A stretch of 64,000 bases of DNA, taken from the NCBI GenBank assembly GCA_965237675.1, contig OZ250150.1:896001-960000 (forward strand), given 5' to 3'. Under the pieces are notes generated by a model. That model saw only the letters and a list, made by a program, of their open reading frames with translations. It was not told where the DNA came from and ran no database searches. This document shows positions 39,858-52,099 of this stretch, piece after piece. The DNA comes from Candidatus Latescibacterota bacterium. GTDB lineage: Bacteria > Latescibacterota > UBA2968 > GCA-2709665. Positions within the stretch are counted from its first letter, which is position 1. The number at the start of each line of letters is the position of its first letter. The translations under genes were made by a program, and so were the position numbers.

Positions 39858-41259
39858 GTCACAGCAAGGCAAGTACGAGCCGGTCGATGCTTCCCCGGTC
39901 AAGTCGTTCTTCGTTTCCATGCTCACACGGGATATTCAACTGGAAGATGCCATACTCGACTTGCTCGACAATTGCGTTGACGGCATCTTGCGCTCCAAGG
40001 GAACTAACGGTCCGCGGCCGTACGAGGGCTTCAAAGCTGAAATCGAGTTCGGCGCCGAATCGTTTTCGATTCATGACAACTGCGGTGGCATTCCTTGGGA
40101 ACTGCACGAATACGCATTCAGAATGGGACCAGATCCTGATAGACCACGCGATGAATCCGGAACCGTCGGCGTATACGGAATCGGGATGAAACGGGCGATA
40201 TTCAAGTTGGGCAAACAGTGCCTCATATCCACTCGCAATGACGAGGACCAGTACGAGGTCGAGATCACTCCAGACTGGATAACAGACGAAGCTGTGTGGG
40301 TTATCCCTGTTCGTGAGGCCGATATCTCTGCAGATTACGACGGGACTACCATTATGGTCGGCGAGTTGTATCCCGGTATAGCTAAGACCTTTGGTGAGGG
40401 AGCGAAGTCCTTCAAAAGTGATCTGAAACGAATGATTGCGACACACTATGCATACATCATCGATAAGGGGTTTGAGGTCACGGTAAATGGTGATTCGGTC
40501 AAGCCCGGATCTACGAAAATCGTACACGATGAACGAGACACTGCATGTGCAGATGCGATTAGACCATTCGTCTTCAAAAGCGCCATCGATGGCGTCAGCG
40601 TCTACCTAGCTGTGGGCTTCACTCGTCCAATTCCTTCCGAGAACGAGCTTAGAGAGGAACAGGAGGCCGCGAGGTATTCTTCCGTAGATGCAGGATGGAC
40701 CATTCTTTGTAATGACAGGGCCGTGCTCTACTGTGACCGCAGTGAATTAACCGGCTGGGGGGAAGCTGGTGTTCCACGTTACCACACTCAATTCATCGCC
40801 ATATCGGGCATAGTCGACTTTCGATCCGACGACCCCTCGAAGCTCCCTACAACAACGACCAAGCGAGGAATCGACGCATCGTCACCTCTATATCTTCAGG
40901 TCAAGAATAAAATGCGTGAAGGTATGAGGATATTCACAGACTATACCAACAAATGGAAGGGCCGAGCAGAAGAATCTAAGTATCAAATCGAGCATGGTAC
41001 TCCTCTTCCCCTTGAGCAGCTAAAGACAAGTACCGAGCGACTAACCTTCACGAACACTCGCATTCTGCCTCTTGGCGAACAATATAAGCCTCAACTCCCT
41101 TTGCCACGTAGGCCTGAACGGACGACGCGCCGGATCTCGTTTGTCAAAGAAATTTCTAAGATCAAGGCGGTAGCCGACTACTTGGGGGATCCCGACATGC
41201 AGACCTCGGAAGTTGGCGAAGAATGTTTCGACGCCATACATGCTGAGGCTAGGGAATGA
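39850..41259 (+). CDS. GHKL/MORC-type ATPase
   Basis: MLTRDIQLEDAILDLLDNCVDG, DNCGGI, GVYGIGMKRA, LPTTTTKRG; GTG 39850. Confidence 0.9.
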   Translation: MNKSQQGKYEPVDASPVKSFFVSMLTRDIQLEDAILDLLDNCVDGILRSKGTNGPRPYEGFKAEIEFGAESFSIHDNCGGIPWELHEYAFRMGPDPDRPRDESGTVGVYGIGMKRAIFKLGKQCLISTRNDEDQYEVEITPDWITDEAVWVIPVREADISADYDGTTIMVGELYPGIAKTFGEGAKSFKSDLKRMIATHYAYIIDKGFEVTVNGDSVKPGSTKIVHDERDTACADAIRPFVFKSAIDGVSVYLAVGFTRPIPSENELREEQEAARYSSVDAGWTILCNDRAVLYCDRSELTGWGEAGVPRYHTQFIAISGIVDFRSDDPSKLPTTTTKRGIDASSPLYLQVKNKMREGMRIFTDYTNKWKGRAEESKYQIEHGTPLPLEQLKTSTERLTFTNTRILPLGEQYKPQLPLPRRPERTTRRISFVKEISKIKAVADYLGDPDMQTSEVGEECFDAIHAEARE

Positions 41260-42227
41260 CTACTCCGGCGTATCATCTTAGACCTAACAAGGCAGCTGAT
41301 CGCTTTGCCTTACTTGAAGCGATCAGACGCCTTCCGTTGCTAGGCGACGGAGGTCTGGACAAATACACGTACTTCAGCATGGGGGGAGCATACCTAGAAG
41401 ATTTTCGCCTGTTGTACGAGTTTTGTCCCGAGATGGGTATGGTGTCGATTGAGAGCGATGGGGAAGTTTACAGGCGCCAGAAGTTTAACCTTCCTTTCCG
41501 GACACTGAAACTCATAGAAGAAGATGTGTCCTCATTCATTAGTCGTTACGACCCTGGCGACAACAAGAGCGTCTTCTGGTTGGACTATACAAGGCTGGAA
41601 TATGGATGCTTTCTAGATTTTTCAGCTTTGTTAGAGACAGTACCCCCAAACAGTATGATTAAGATTACATTGCGGTCCGATCCTCGGATATACTGGGATC
41701 AAAATCCTGCTGGACCGAACAATAAGCAGGCCGAGAGATTTAAGAGGCAATTTGGGGGTATCATGCCCGACTCGTCTGCCAACCCTCCCAGGGCACCAGA
41801 AGATCTAGCTTATCTTCTTCAAGAGATGCTCCAGATTGCTTCAGAGAAAGTGCTGCCGCCTGGCGCTACAGGCAGATCGTTTGTACCGGTGTCTTCGTTC
41901 TATTACTCCGATGGAACGTGGATGTTCACCTTGACGGGCCTTGTTTGCGATGTCGACAAGACACAAAGCGTGAGACGGGCATTCAGGAATTGGGAGTTCG
42001 CAAATCTGGATTGGAGTAAGCCAATCAGGATTTCTGTGCCGGTGCTTAGCACTAAGGAACGGCTGCATCTCCAGAGGATTTTGCCTACTAAGACAGCGGC
42101 TGGAAGAAGGCTCCGTAAACGCCTGGGTTATCTAATCGAGGACGATGTCCTAAAAACTGAGGATGCGCTCGAACAGTACGCGGCATTTCATCGGTATTCC
42201 CCGTATTTTGTAAGGGGAGTGCCGTAG
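41256..42227 (+). CDS. Methyltransferase-fold protein associated with the MORC/RM locus
   Basis: YHLRPNKAADR, YFSMGG...EDF, SIE, FWLDY, FYYSDG..M; ATGA overlap. Confidence 0.75.
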   Translation: MTTPAYHLRPNKAADRFALLEAIRRLPLLGDGGLDKYTYFSMGGAYLEDFRLLYEFCPEMGMVSIESDGEVYRRQKFNLPFRTLKLIEEDVSSFISRYDPGDNKSVFWLDYTRLEYGCFLDFSALLETVPPNSMIKITLRSDPRIYWDQNPAGPNNKQAERFKRQFGGIMPDSSANPPRAPEDLAYLLQEMLQIASEKVLPPGATGRSFVPVSSFYYSDGTWMFTLTGLVCDVDKTQSVRRAFRNWEFANLDWSKPIRISVPVLSTKERLHLQRILPTKTAAGRRLRKRLGYLIEDDVLKTEDALEQYAAFHRYSPYFVRGVP

Positions 42228-42239
42228 ATAGGTAGCACA

Positions 42240-42683
42240 ATGGACACCCGGACTCAAGAAGAGCGGAGCCGGATAATGGCAGCCGTTCATAGCAAAGACA
42301 CTAGACCGGAGTTATTGGTACGTCGCTTCTTGTGGTCGAAGGGTATACGATATCGACTGCATGCTGCCAACGTGCTAGGCACACCGGACATCGCTGTGCG
42401 GCGACATAGATTGGCGATATTCGTTCACGGCTGTTTCTGGCACGGCCATGAGGGATGTTCAAGGGGCAGGCTTCCGAAATCTAGGTTAGAGTACTGGGGT
42501 ACCAAGATCGATGCCAACAAGTGCAGAGATGCGGCGACCGCGGAGCAATTGAGTCTGGAAGGTTGGCATCGGCTAGTGATCTGGGAATGTCAACTAAGGA
42601 CGCAACAGGCTGCTGCTATTGCTTTGCCCCAACTATGGAGTGAAATCCGTTCGATATGTCCGGAAATCGGACAGACTCAATAG
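42240..42683 (+). CDS. vsr: Very short patch repair endonuclease
   Basis: RSRIMAAV.SKDTRPE, GTPDI, FVHGCFWHGH, IWEC. Confidence 0.95.
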   Translation: MDTRTQEERSRIMAAVHSKDTRPELLVRRFLWSKGIRYRLHAANVLGTPDIAVRRHRLAIFVHGCFWHGHEGCSRGRLPKSRLEYWGTKIDANKCRDAATAEQLSLEGWHRLVIWECQLRTQQAAAIALPQLWSEIRSICPEIGQTQ

Positions 42684-43620
42684 TTCATTAGCTATACGCG
42701 TCTACTGCGTTCCAACGTACCTTGGTTTGGGGCCACTGATCAGATGGATGCCCTCGTACTCGAAACCGATGTCTTAGGGCCAGCATCGCAGTCCAGGTAC
42801 GACGATAACCTGACGAGCTACCAATTCCCGAGTCGGTATTTGAGGCACTTCAGGCCGCTCTCGGAAGGTGCGGACTTGTTGGCTATCGTTTATGAACCGA
42901 GAGGTAAGCCTCCGCGTGGCCGCATGGCGTATGTTGGCTGGGCGGTGCTTAGTGGTTCTCCCCGCAGGGATCTGTCTGTGCCGGGTAACGCATACAGAGT
43001 AGATTTCCTGGACGCATTGCGGAGTTTCGAACAGCCCGTGCCGAGAGAGATAAATGGAGACCCCTTGGAACGATGGCTTCGCGACTATCCTCGCGGTCGT
43101 CTGCGAAACACCGCAACGAGAGGACGAGCTGTTAGGGGCTTAGCTCCCGATGAAGCCGAAGCCATTATCCTGTTCGGGGCGACTGACGTCGCGTGGGATG
43201 CCCGGGAAGAAACCAGCGGGGAGCATCATGTGACAAGCCCTGGTGATTCGCGTGTGCGGCAGGTTGTCACAAGGCTCGAGCGGAGCGCCCGATTTAGACA
43301 GGACGTCCTGGTGGTTTATGGGAATCAATGCGCTGTGTCGGGATTGTCGGCCAACGGCGTCGAGGGTCTCATCGAAGCGGCCCACATTAGAGGAGCCGGA
43401 CGGCCAGAGGACGGTCCGGATCACATCACAAACGGAATAGCGCTGACCCCCACCCTTCATCGACTGTTTGATCGTCACCTATTCTCGCTCCAGTACATCG
43501 GCGAGGAGCTTGTCGTCGTTACCTCCAATCAGCTGTCTGCTGGCATGGTGCAGGATTCGATCACTGGAAGCTGGCTCAAAGTAATACAGGATCAGCGAGT
43601 ACGCCTACCGTCGCATGCTA

Positions 43621-44801
43621 GTGTTTTGTCCCTAAAGTAACTTGACTATTTATTGAGCCTGTCCTATGTTCTCTCTACACGCTTCTTACACCCATCGGGA
43701 AAGGAGAGAACCATGGGACGCGGTCGTCCTCGGAAGCCCATTGTGTTGTCTGGCCAGGTCCGTGAGGAACTCAACTCACTTTCAACCTCTCGTACGTTGT
43801 CGCATGGTCTCGTGCGACGTGCCAAGATCGTCTTGATGAGCGTCGAAGGTCTCAGTAACCGGGTGATTGCCCAAAAAGTCGGGCTGAGCCAGCAGAGCGT
43901 CATCACCTGGCGTAACCGCTTTCTCCAGCAAGGATTAATGGGTCTGTATGATGAACGCCGTTCGGGCAGACCACGCACGGTTGAGGCCGAAGACATCACC
44001 GCACTGATCCGCAAGACGCTGACCACAAAACCCGAAGACGGCAGCACCCATTGGACGTGTCGTTCCATCGCTGCCGAAACGAAGATATCCAAATCCGAGG
44101 TGCAACGTATCTGGTCCACATTGGGGATTGCGCCACACCGTCAGAAGCACTTCAAGCTATCTAACGATCCCTTCTTCACAGAAAAAGTCCACGACATCGT
44201 CGGTCTGTATCTGGACCCACCGGATTCTGCGATAGTGCTTTGTGTCGACGAGAAAAGCCAGACGCAGGCGTTGGAGCGTACCCAGCCGCTTTTGCCGATG
44301 GGGCTGGGATATGTGGAGGGCGTGACGCACGATTACCGCCGCCACGGCACCACGACGTTGTTCGCTGCCCTGGACATTGCCTCGGGCGAGGTGTTGACGC
44401 AATGCAAGCGCAGGCACCGCCACCAGGAGTTTTTGCAGTTTCTCAACCACATCGACCAAAACGTCCCTGATGATCTCGATGTGCATTTGATCGTCGACAA
44501 CTATTGTACGCACAAACACACCAAAGTGAAACGATGGCTTTCACAAAGACCCAGATACCACGTTCACTTTACACCGACCTACGCATCCTGGCTCAACCAG
44601 GTCGAGATCTGGTTCAATATCATCACTCAGAAGGCCATCAGGCGCGGCTCCTTCAGATCTGTCAATGAACTTATCGACAGAATACAAACCTTCACCGACA
44701 ACTACAACGACACGTCGAAGCCTTTCCTCTGGACCGCCACCGCACAATCGATCATCCAAAAAGTCGAACGATTTTGTAAAGCTATTTCTGGGACGGGACA
44801 C
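43621..44801 (+). mobile_element. Complete IS630-family element
   Basis: Imperfect TIRs GTGTTTTGTCCCTAAAGTAACTT / AAGCTATTTCTGGGACGGGACAC; TA duplicated at 43619-20 and 44802-03. Confidence 0.95.
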
Positions 44802-44804
44802 TAG
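43713..44804 (+). CDS. IS630 transposase
   Basis: [33 protein letters not shown]. Confidence 0.95.
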   Translation: MGRGRPRKPIVLSGQVREELNSLSTSRTLSHGLVRRAKIVLMSVEGLSNRVIAQKVGLSQQSVITWRNRFLQQGLMGLYDERRSGRPRTVEAEDITALIRKTLTTKPEDGSTHWTCRSIAAETKISKSEVQRIWSTLGIAPHRQKHFKLSNDPFFTEKVHDIVGLYLDPPDSAIVLCVDEKSQTQALERTQPLLPMGLGYVEGVTHDYRRHGTTTLFAALDIASGEVLTQCKRRHRHQEFLQFLNHIDQNVPDDLDVHLIVDNYCTHKHTKVKRWLSQRPRYHVHFTPTYASWLNQVEIWFNIITQKAIRRGSFRSVNELIDRIQTFTDNYNDTSKPFLWTATAQSIIQKVERFCKAISGTGH

Positions 44805-45011
44805 CTCCCGCCCTGGTCGCGAGTTTGTTGCCTTCCACCGGCGTTTACTCCGTTCATAGCTGAAGAGCCGGTATTCGTAACATAGACTTACAAGGGTGTT
44901 CCTTCGTCTCGGCTCACAGCCGACACAACCAAGTAGGCTCTTGGCGACGAGCAATGGGTGTATGTATAGGTAAAAGTGAGGCGCCGATTTCGGTACTATG
45001 CTGTTCGCTGA

Positions 45012-47386
<2,375 letters not shown>

Positions 47387-47547
47387 TCTCAGCGGGTGCT
47401 CACAACGGCGGCATCCGAGGAGCCGAGATAGGCGCGGACTGCAGGGCATCAGTCGACAACGCGTCATTGACGTAGAGCAATTCGTCCCGAAGCCGCACTT
47501 CGGCCTGCAGCGCATATTCGATGAAGGTAGTAAAAGAAGGGACCACG

Positions 47548-48021
47548 ATGGCAATCACGCTGGCGGCAGGCGATGTTGCCCCGGATTTCGCGCACGCCGA
47601 CCAGGACGGCAATATCCATTCGCTGGCCGAATACAGGGGCCGGACGGTCGTCCTCTACTTCTATCCGCGCGATGAGACCCCGGGTTGTACGACTCAGGCC
47701 TGCTCTTTTCGGGATCATCACGCCGAAATCCTGGCCGCGGGTGCAATCGTGCTCGGCGTTTCTAGAGACGATGCCGATTCGCACCGGGATTTCCGCGAAC
47801 GCCACCGGCTGCCGTTTCCCCTGCTGGTAGATGACGAAGCAACCGTCGCCACGCGCTATGGCGCCTGGGGTGAGAAAGTCCTCTATGGTCGTCGGTTCCA
47901 GGGAATGACGCGGTCGACTTTCATCATTGGCCCCGATGGAATACTGACCAGGGTTTGGAAACGGGCCCGGCCCGCCGAGCACGGCGCGGCGGTGCTAAAG
48001 GCGCTGCGCGAGTCCGCTTAA
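47548..48021 (+). CDS. bcp: Peroxiredoxin Bcp/PrxQ
   Basis: LYFYPRDETPGCTTQACSFRD, RSTFII. Confidence 0.92.
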   Translation: MAITLAAGDVAPDFAHADQDGNIHSLAEYRGRTVVLYFYPRDETPGCTTQACSFRDHHAEILAAGAIVLGVSRDDADSHRDFRERHRLPFPLLVDDEATVATRYGAWGEKVLYGRRFQGMTRSTFIIGPDGILTRVWKRARPAEHGAAVLKALRESA

Positions 48022-48148
48022 GCGCGACCAAACTGCTCTTTGCGTTGGCCGGTGGCCCGCGAACTTACCACCGTCGACTCCCCTCCGGCAAGCTGATGGA
48101 GACTATCATCGAGAATGACCCCGTCACTGGAGGAAGGTGCATTCGACG

Positions 48149-48977
48149 ATGATTGAATGGCTTGGTATTGGCCACCTTTTCGAACTTTCAGGGACGGAAG
48201 CGATTGCGGGGTATTTCACCCCGCTGGTGATCTTCGCCGTGTTTTTCCTGGCGCAGCTCATACTGCCTGGAAAGTGGGTCTCCGGCTACGTCATCAATCC
48301 GGAGACCGGCGAGCCCCGCAACTAACGGCTGAACGGTATTCTGGTATTTGCAATCGCGCTGATCGTGTGGGCGTTCGAGCTCACCGGGATGCCGCGTGAT
48401 TGGTTCTACCGGTCATCAATCTATGCCGTGGCCGGCGGAACGGTTTTCACCACTATCTTTACAGTCGTAGCGGTGTTCAGCCAGCCGCAAGGCAGGATAA
48501 AGAATCCGCTCCTGGCGCTGTGGGCCATGGCCGCTTACCCGGACCCCGGATTCTCGCCGGCGTGGCCGAAGTTTTGGCTCATCGGAACGCCTGCGCTGTT
48601 TCTGGTCGGGTGGGTTGAACTCGCGCAGCGCCAATATGCAGAAATACACATTCAAGCGGTGGCCCGACCGCAAGTTTCTCGGTCTGATCGAGCCTGAGTT
48701 CATTGAGGCCGGTGACCGCAAGATCCTGTGCAGCGGACTATGGGGTGTCGCCCGCCACTTCAACTATCTGGGCGAGGGGTTTCTTTCCCTGTCAATCGCC
48801 CTGGTGTTCGGCCACTTCACCAATCCCTGGGCCTGGACCTACTTTGTCTTCATCGTCACGCTGTTCACCGTGCGTCAAGTTCAGGACGACAGGCGCTGTG
48901 CCGAGAAATACGGCCCCGAAAAGTGGGCGGAATATCAGGCACGGGTGAAGCACCGAATTATTCCTGGCATCTATTGA
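48149..48977 (+). pseudogene. ERG4/ERG24-type sterol reductase pseudogene
   Basis: LPG..V.G...N*RLNG (TAA 48323 where Tyr is expected); frameshifted C-terminus SANMQKYTFK, SGLWGVARHFNYLGE, DDRRCAEKYG..W..Y...V..RIIPGIY. Confidence 0.8.
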
Positions 48978-49142
48978 GAATGGCCCCGCGAATTTCATGC
49001 AGGGCGCCTGTGAATCGTTGACCTGGCCCGACGCGCGGTCCATACGGCCGCGCGTGTGCGGTTTAGCCAAACGCGAAAATTCGTCTGCCGGGATAAGCGA
49101 CGTTTCTTTGAAATAAGAATGGGAGAAAGAAGGACTACCCTA

Positions 49143-50042
49143 ATGAAGGGGCTTTTTTTTGTCACCATCGTGGCGTTGTCAAGCCTGTTTTCCTGTTCAG
49201 GAAATGACGACATGCCACTCGATGCACCTGCTACAACAGGATTATTTACACAAACACTGTCCCATAACGGAATAACAAGAGAATATATCGTGTATGTGCC
49301 GGATTCTTATGATGAGAATTCAAGAGTCCCATTGATGTTTAACTTTCACGGATTTGGTCAGACCGCAGACCAATATTTGAATTTCGCAGATATGCGGTCA
49401 TTGGCGGATACAGGGAATTTTATTCTGGTTTATCCTCAAGGTACCCTGCTGGATGGAGACCCGCACTGGAATGCCGGACTGAAAACAGATGACAACAAAA
49501 GTGATGCGGATGACTTTGGCTTTGTGGAAGCACTGATCGTTGAAATCTCCTCCAATTATAAGATTGATCCAGCAAGAGTATATTCCTGTGGTTACTCAAA
49601 TGGCGCTTTTTTTGCATATGCACTTGCTTGCTATCAAAGTGATAAAATAGCGGCAATAGGTTCTGTTGCCGGAACGATGATGGAGGAAACATTTAACAAC
49701 TGCAGTCCATCACACCCAACGGCCATGATAAATATCCATGGTACGTCAGACGCTTATGTGCCCTATGGGGGGATTGAAGGACTAAAATCAATCGATGACG
49801 TGCTTGCTTATTGGACAGGTTTCAATAATACGGGTACTACTCCCACAGTAAATCGCATAAATGATGGTGCAACAACAATCGAACGCTATTCCTATACGGA
49901 TGGAGACGACAATACCGCCGTTGATCATTTTAAGGTTATCAACGGAGGGCACGTCTGGTTCGATCTCAACTACGACGGTTCCAATACAAGTGCGCTGATC
50001 TGGAATTTTGTTTCAAGATACGACATTAATGGATTGAGGTAA
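49143..50042 (+). CDS. PHB-depolymerase/LpqC-type esterase lipoprotein, AT-rich
   Basis: Lipobox LFSC, FHGFG, VYPQG, GYSNG nucleophile elbow, HGTSD, GGHVW. Confidence 0.88.
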   Translation: MKGLFFVTIVALSSLFSCSGNDDMPLDAPATTGLFTQTLSHNGITREYIVYVPDSYDENSRVPLMFNFHGFGQTADQYLNFADMRSLADTGNFILVYPQGTLLDGDPHWNAGLKTDDNKSDADDFGFVEALIVEISSNYKIDPARVYSCGYSNGAFFAYALACYQSDKIAAIGSVAGTMMEETFNNCSPSHPTAMINIHGTSDAYVPYGGIEGLKSIDDVLAYWTGFNNTGTTPTVNRINDGATTIERYSYTDGDDNTAVDHFKVINGGHVWFDLNYDGSNTSALIWNFVSRYDINGLR

Positions 50043-50088
50043 TTCGTCGGGATCCAGGCGACTCAAGCAACGGGAGCTAAACTTCCAC

Positions 50089-50796
50089 ATGAAAGCTAAA
50101 AATTCACAAGAATCCCAAAGATTACTGGACTCCGTAAAGGAAAAGTACAACGATCCTACAGAACTTGAAATCCGAAAAGAAGATCTGAAAATCGGTATCA
50201 GAGAGGAAGAACAAGCGTTTGTTGGAAAATACCCTGTAGACAGCCGCCTGTTAGACATCGGATGTGCGACAGGACGATTATGCTTCGCACTTGCGCGGCT
50301 TGGATATAGCGTCACCGGTATTGATGTCGCAAAAAAGCAGATTGAACAGGCACGGCGAAATGCTGCAAAGGAACCCATCAACGTGACATTCCTACAATAT
50401 GAAATGCCGACGCTACCTTTTTCCAATGCCTCATTTGCCGCTGCATTTGTGGGAAACGTATACTGTTATGTCCCCCACCGCGCATCAAGAATCGCTTTCT
50501 TAGAAGAGATCTCGCGTGTGTTATATCCAAATGGCGAAGTTTTAATGTCTCAGACAGTGCTGGATTCTGTACTGAAGAATTACGAGGAGGTTTACGATGA
50601 CAACCATCGTCAATTTGCTCTCAAATATGACACCCTGGAAGAAGGGGACGGATTTGCATTGGGATCACCAAATTACCTGCATTTTTTCTTCGCTGAAGAT
50701 CTCATAGCAGAACTGGAAGCATCTCCGTTTCAGGTTGTGAATTCAGTTTTGAAGAAAGAGAAATTCACATGCGTTTTAAAGAAGCAAAACACATGA
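50089..50796 (+). CDS. Class I SAM-dependent methyltransferase
   Basis: LLDIGCATGR, VTGID, LPF, RVLYPNG. Confidence 0.88.
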   Translation: MKAKNSQESQRLLDSVKEKYNDPTELEIRKEDLKIGIREEEQAFVGKYPVDSRLLDIGCATGRLCFALARLGYSVTGIDVAKKQIEQARRNAAKEPINVTFLQYEMPTLPFSNASFAAAFVGNVYCYVPHRASRIAFLEEISRVLYPNGEVLMSQTVLDSVLKNYEEVYDDNHRQFALKYDTLEEGDGFALGSPNYLHFFFAEDLIAELEASPFQVVNSVLKKEKFTCVLKKQNT

Positions 50797-51124
50797 TGTT
50801 TCACATCTACAATCCTTGCGATGTTGTGAAGATTTATACTGAACCAGTACGATGACCATACTTTCATCAGGGTTTTTCCAGGCATCGCGGTTCGTCGCAG
50901 TGGTACCTCAACCGGTTGATTCATACTCTATATCGGCACGTAGGTATAAAGAGCTTATCAAGATTCTGGGGCTAAAACATGATAAGAAGTGTGGCTGAGG
51001 CGGGGCCCTCGGCGGGGGCACCGCTGATAGCCTTACGCGAATCAGCGGAACGGGTTACAACTGACGAACTCTCAGACCAGTTCATGAACACACCGACCAG
51101 CCCCCAGTCCCCAGGCCCCGCTTC

Positions 51125-51862
51125 TCAATGCTTACACGCCACATGTCGATCTTCGTATTTTCCCTTTAGAAACCTTTCCGGATTGAGTTCTTCCGGCAGA
51201 TAATGCCAGGCCGTACTATAGCGCGTGCGATTGCTGTGGTTATCATTAGCACCGTGCAGGAGATTGGCGGAAAACAGAACAACCGTGCCAGCGGGAATGA
51301 CCAGATCCACAGCCCGCGATTCATCGACCTCCGTCCAACTGCCATGCCTGCCTGGATTTTTGCGATGCTCGACAATCTTGCCTATCAGGTGGCTGCCGGG
51401 CACGACCCGCAAACACCCATTCTCCACATCTGAATCTTCCAGATAAATTCCGCAACTGACAATGCGATCCGTATCGGTGCCAAAATAAAAATTGTCCTGA
51501 TGCCAGCTCGTTGATGTGCCGCCGTTGGGCAACTTCGGAAAAAACTTGGTGCCAAACACATCGATATTCTCACCAATCAAACCTGCCACGCGGTCTAAAA
51601 TCGCCGGTTCACGCGCCAGTTCCAACACGCGGGCATCGACCACGCAAACCCCCTGAACTTTGTGCAACAGACCCGCCCGGGGTTTACCGCGTTCGTCCAA
51701 CTCGAGCGCCCAGTGCGGCGTCTCCTCGGTCATTTTGCGTCCCTCTGCGACCAGTTCATCAAACACGCGTTTGTAATGGGCCAATCGCTCGCCTTGTATC
51801 AGGGCTTCAAAAACGAGATACCCATCTTCTCGAAACTGCCGGACCTGTTCGTCAGTTAACAT
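51125..51862 (-). CDS. Phytanoyl-CoA dioxygenase (PhyH) family protein
   Basis: MLTDEQV.QFREDGY, WHQD, ENGCLRVVPGSH, LLHG..N.S...R. Confidence 0.92.
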   Translation of the reverse strand: MLTDEQVRQFREDGYLVFEALIQGERLAHYKRVFDELVAEGRKMTEETPHWALELDERGKPRAGLLHKVQGVCVVDARVLELAREPAILDRVAGLIGENIDVFGTKFFPKLPNGGTSTSWHQDNFYFGTDTDRIVSCGIYLEDSDVENGCLRVVPGSHLIGKIVEHRKNPGRHGSWTEVDESRAVDLVIPAGTVVLFSANLLHGANDNHSNRTRYSTAWHYLPEELNPERFLKGKYEDRHVACKH

Positions 51863-51978
51863 TAAGACCTCCTCAAATTCGCTCGGCTACTTCGGTCGCG
51901 CAGAGGCGACCAGCACGGCATCGGGCCTGGAATCTGTCTCGATTACAGTGGAAATACGCCAGGGAATCCATGTGCAAC

Positions 51979-52099
51979 TCAGTTCCTGTTAACGCGCAGT
52001 CTATTGGCTGCCGCGAGTAGATCTGAAACGAGTACCGCGAACGACGCGGCAATCACATCCGGCTCGACGCTGGGGTGGGCCGCGCGGACCGCCAGACAT
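51979..52099 (-). pseudogene. Internally deleted partner gene (AbiEii-like) remnant
   Basis: ATG (MSGG) overlapping the upstream gene end, then an out-of-frame helical tail EPDVIAASFAVLVSDLLAA-stop. Confidence 0.4.

Larger units (their letters stand above)
42744..44859 (+). pseudogene. HNH restriction endonuclease interrupted near its 3' end by IS630
   Basis: FRQDVL..Y..QCAVSG, EAAHI, NGIAL.PTLHRLFD; removing the IS restores ...[22 protein letters not shown]-stop at 44859. Confidence 0.85.
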
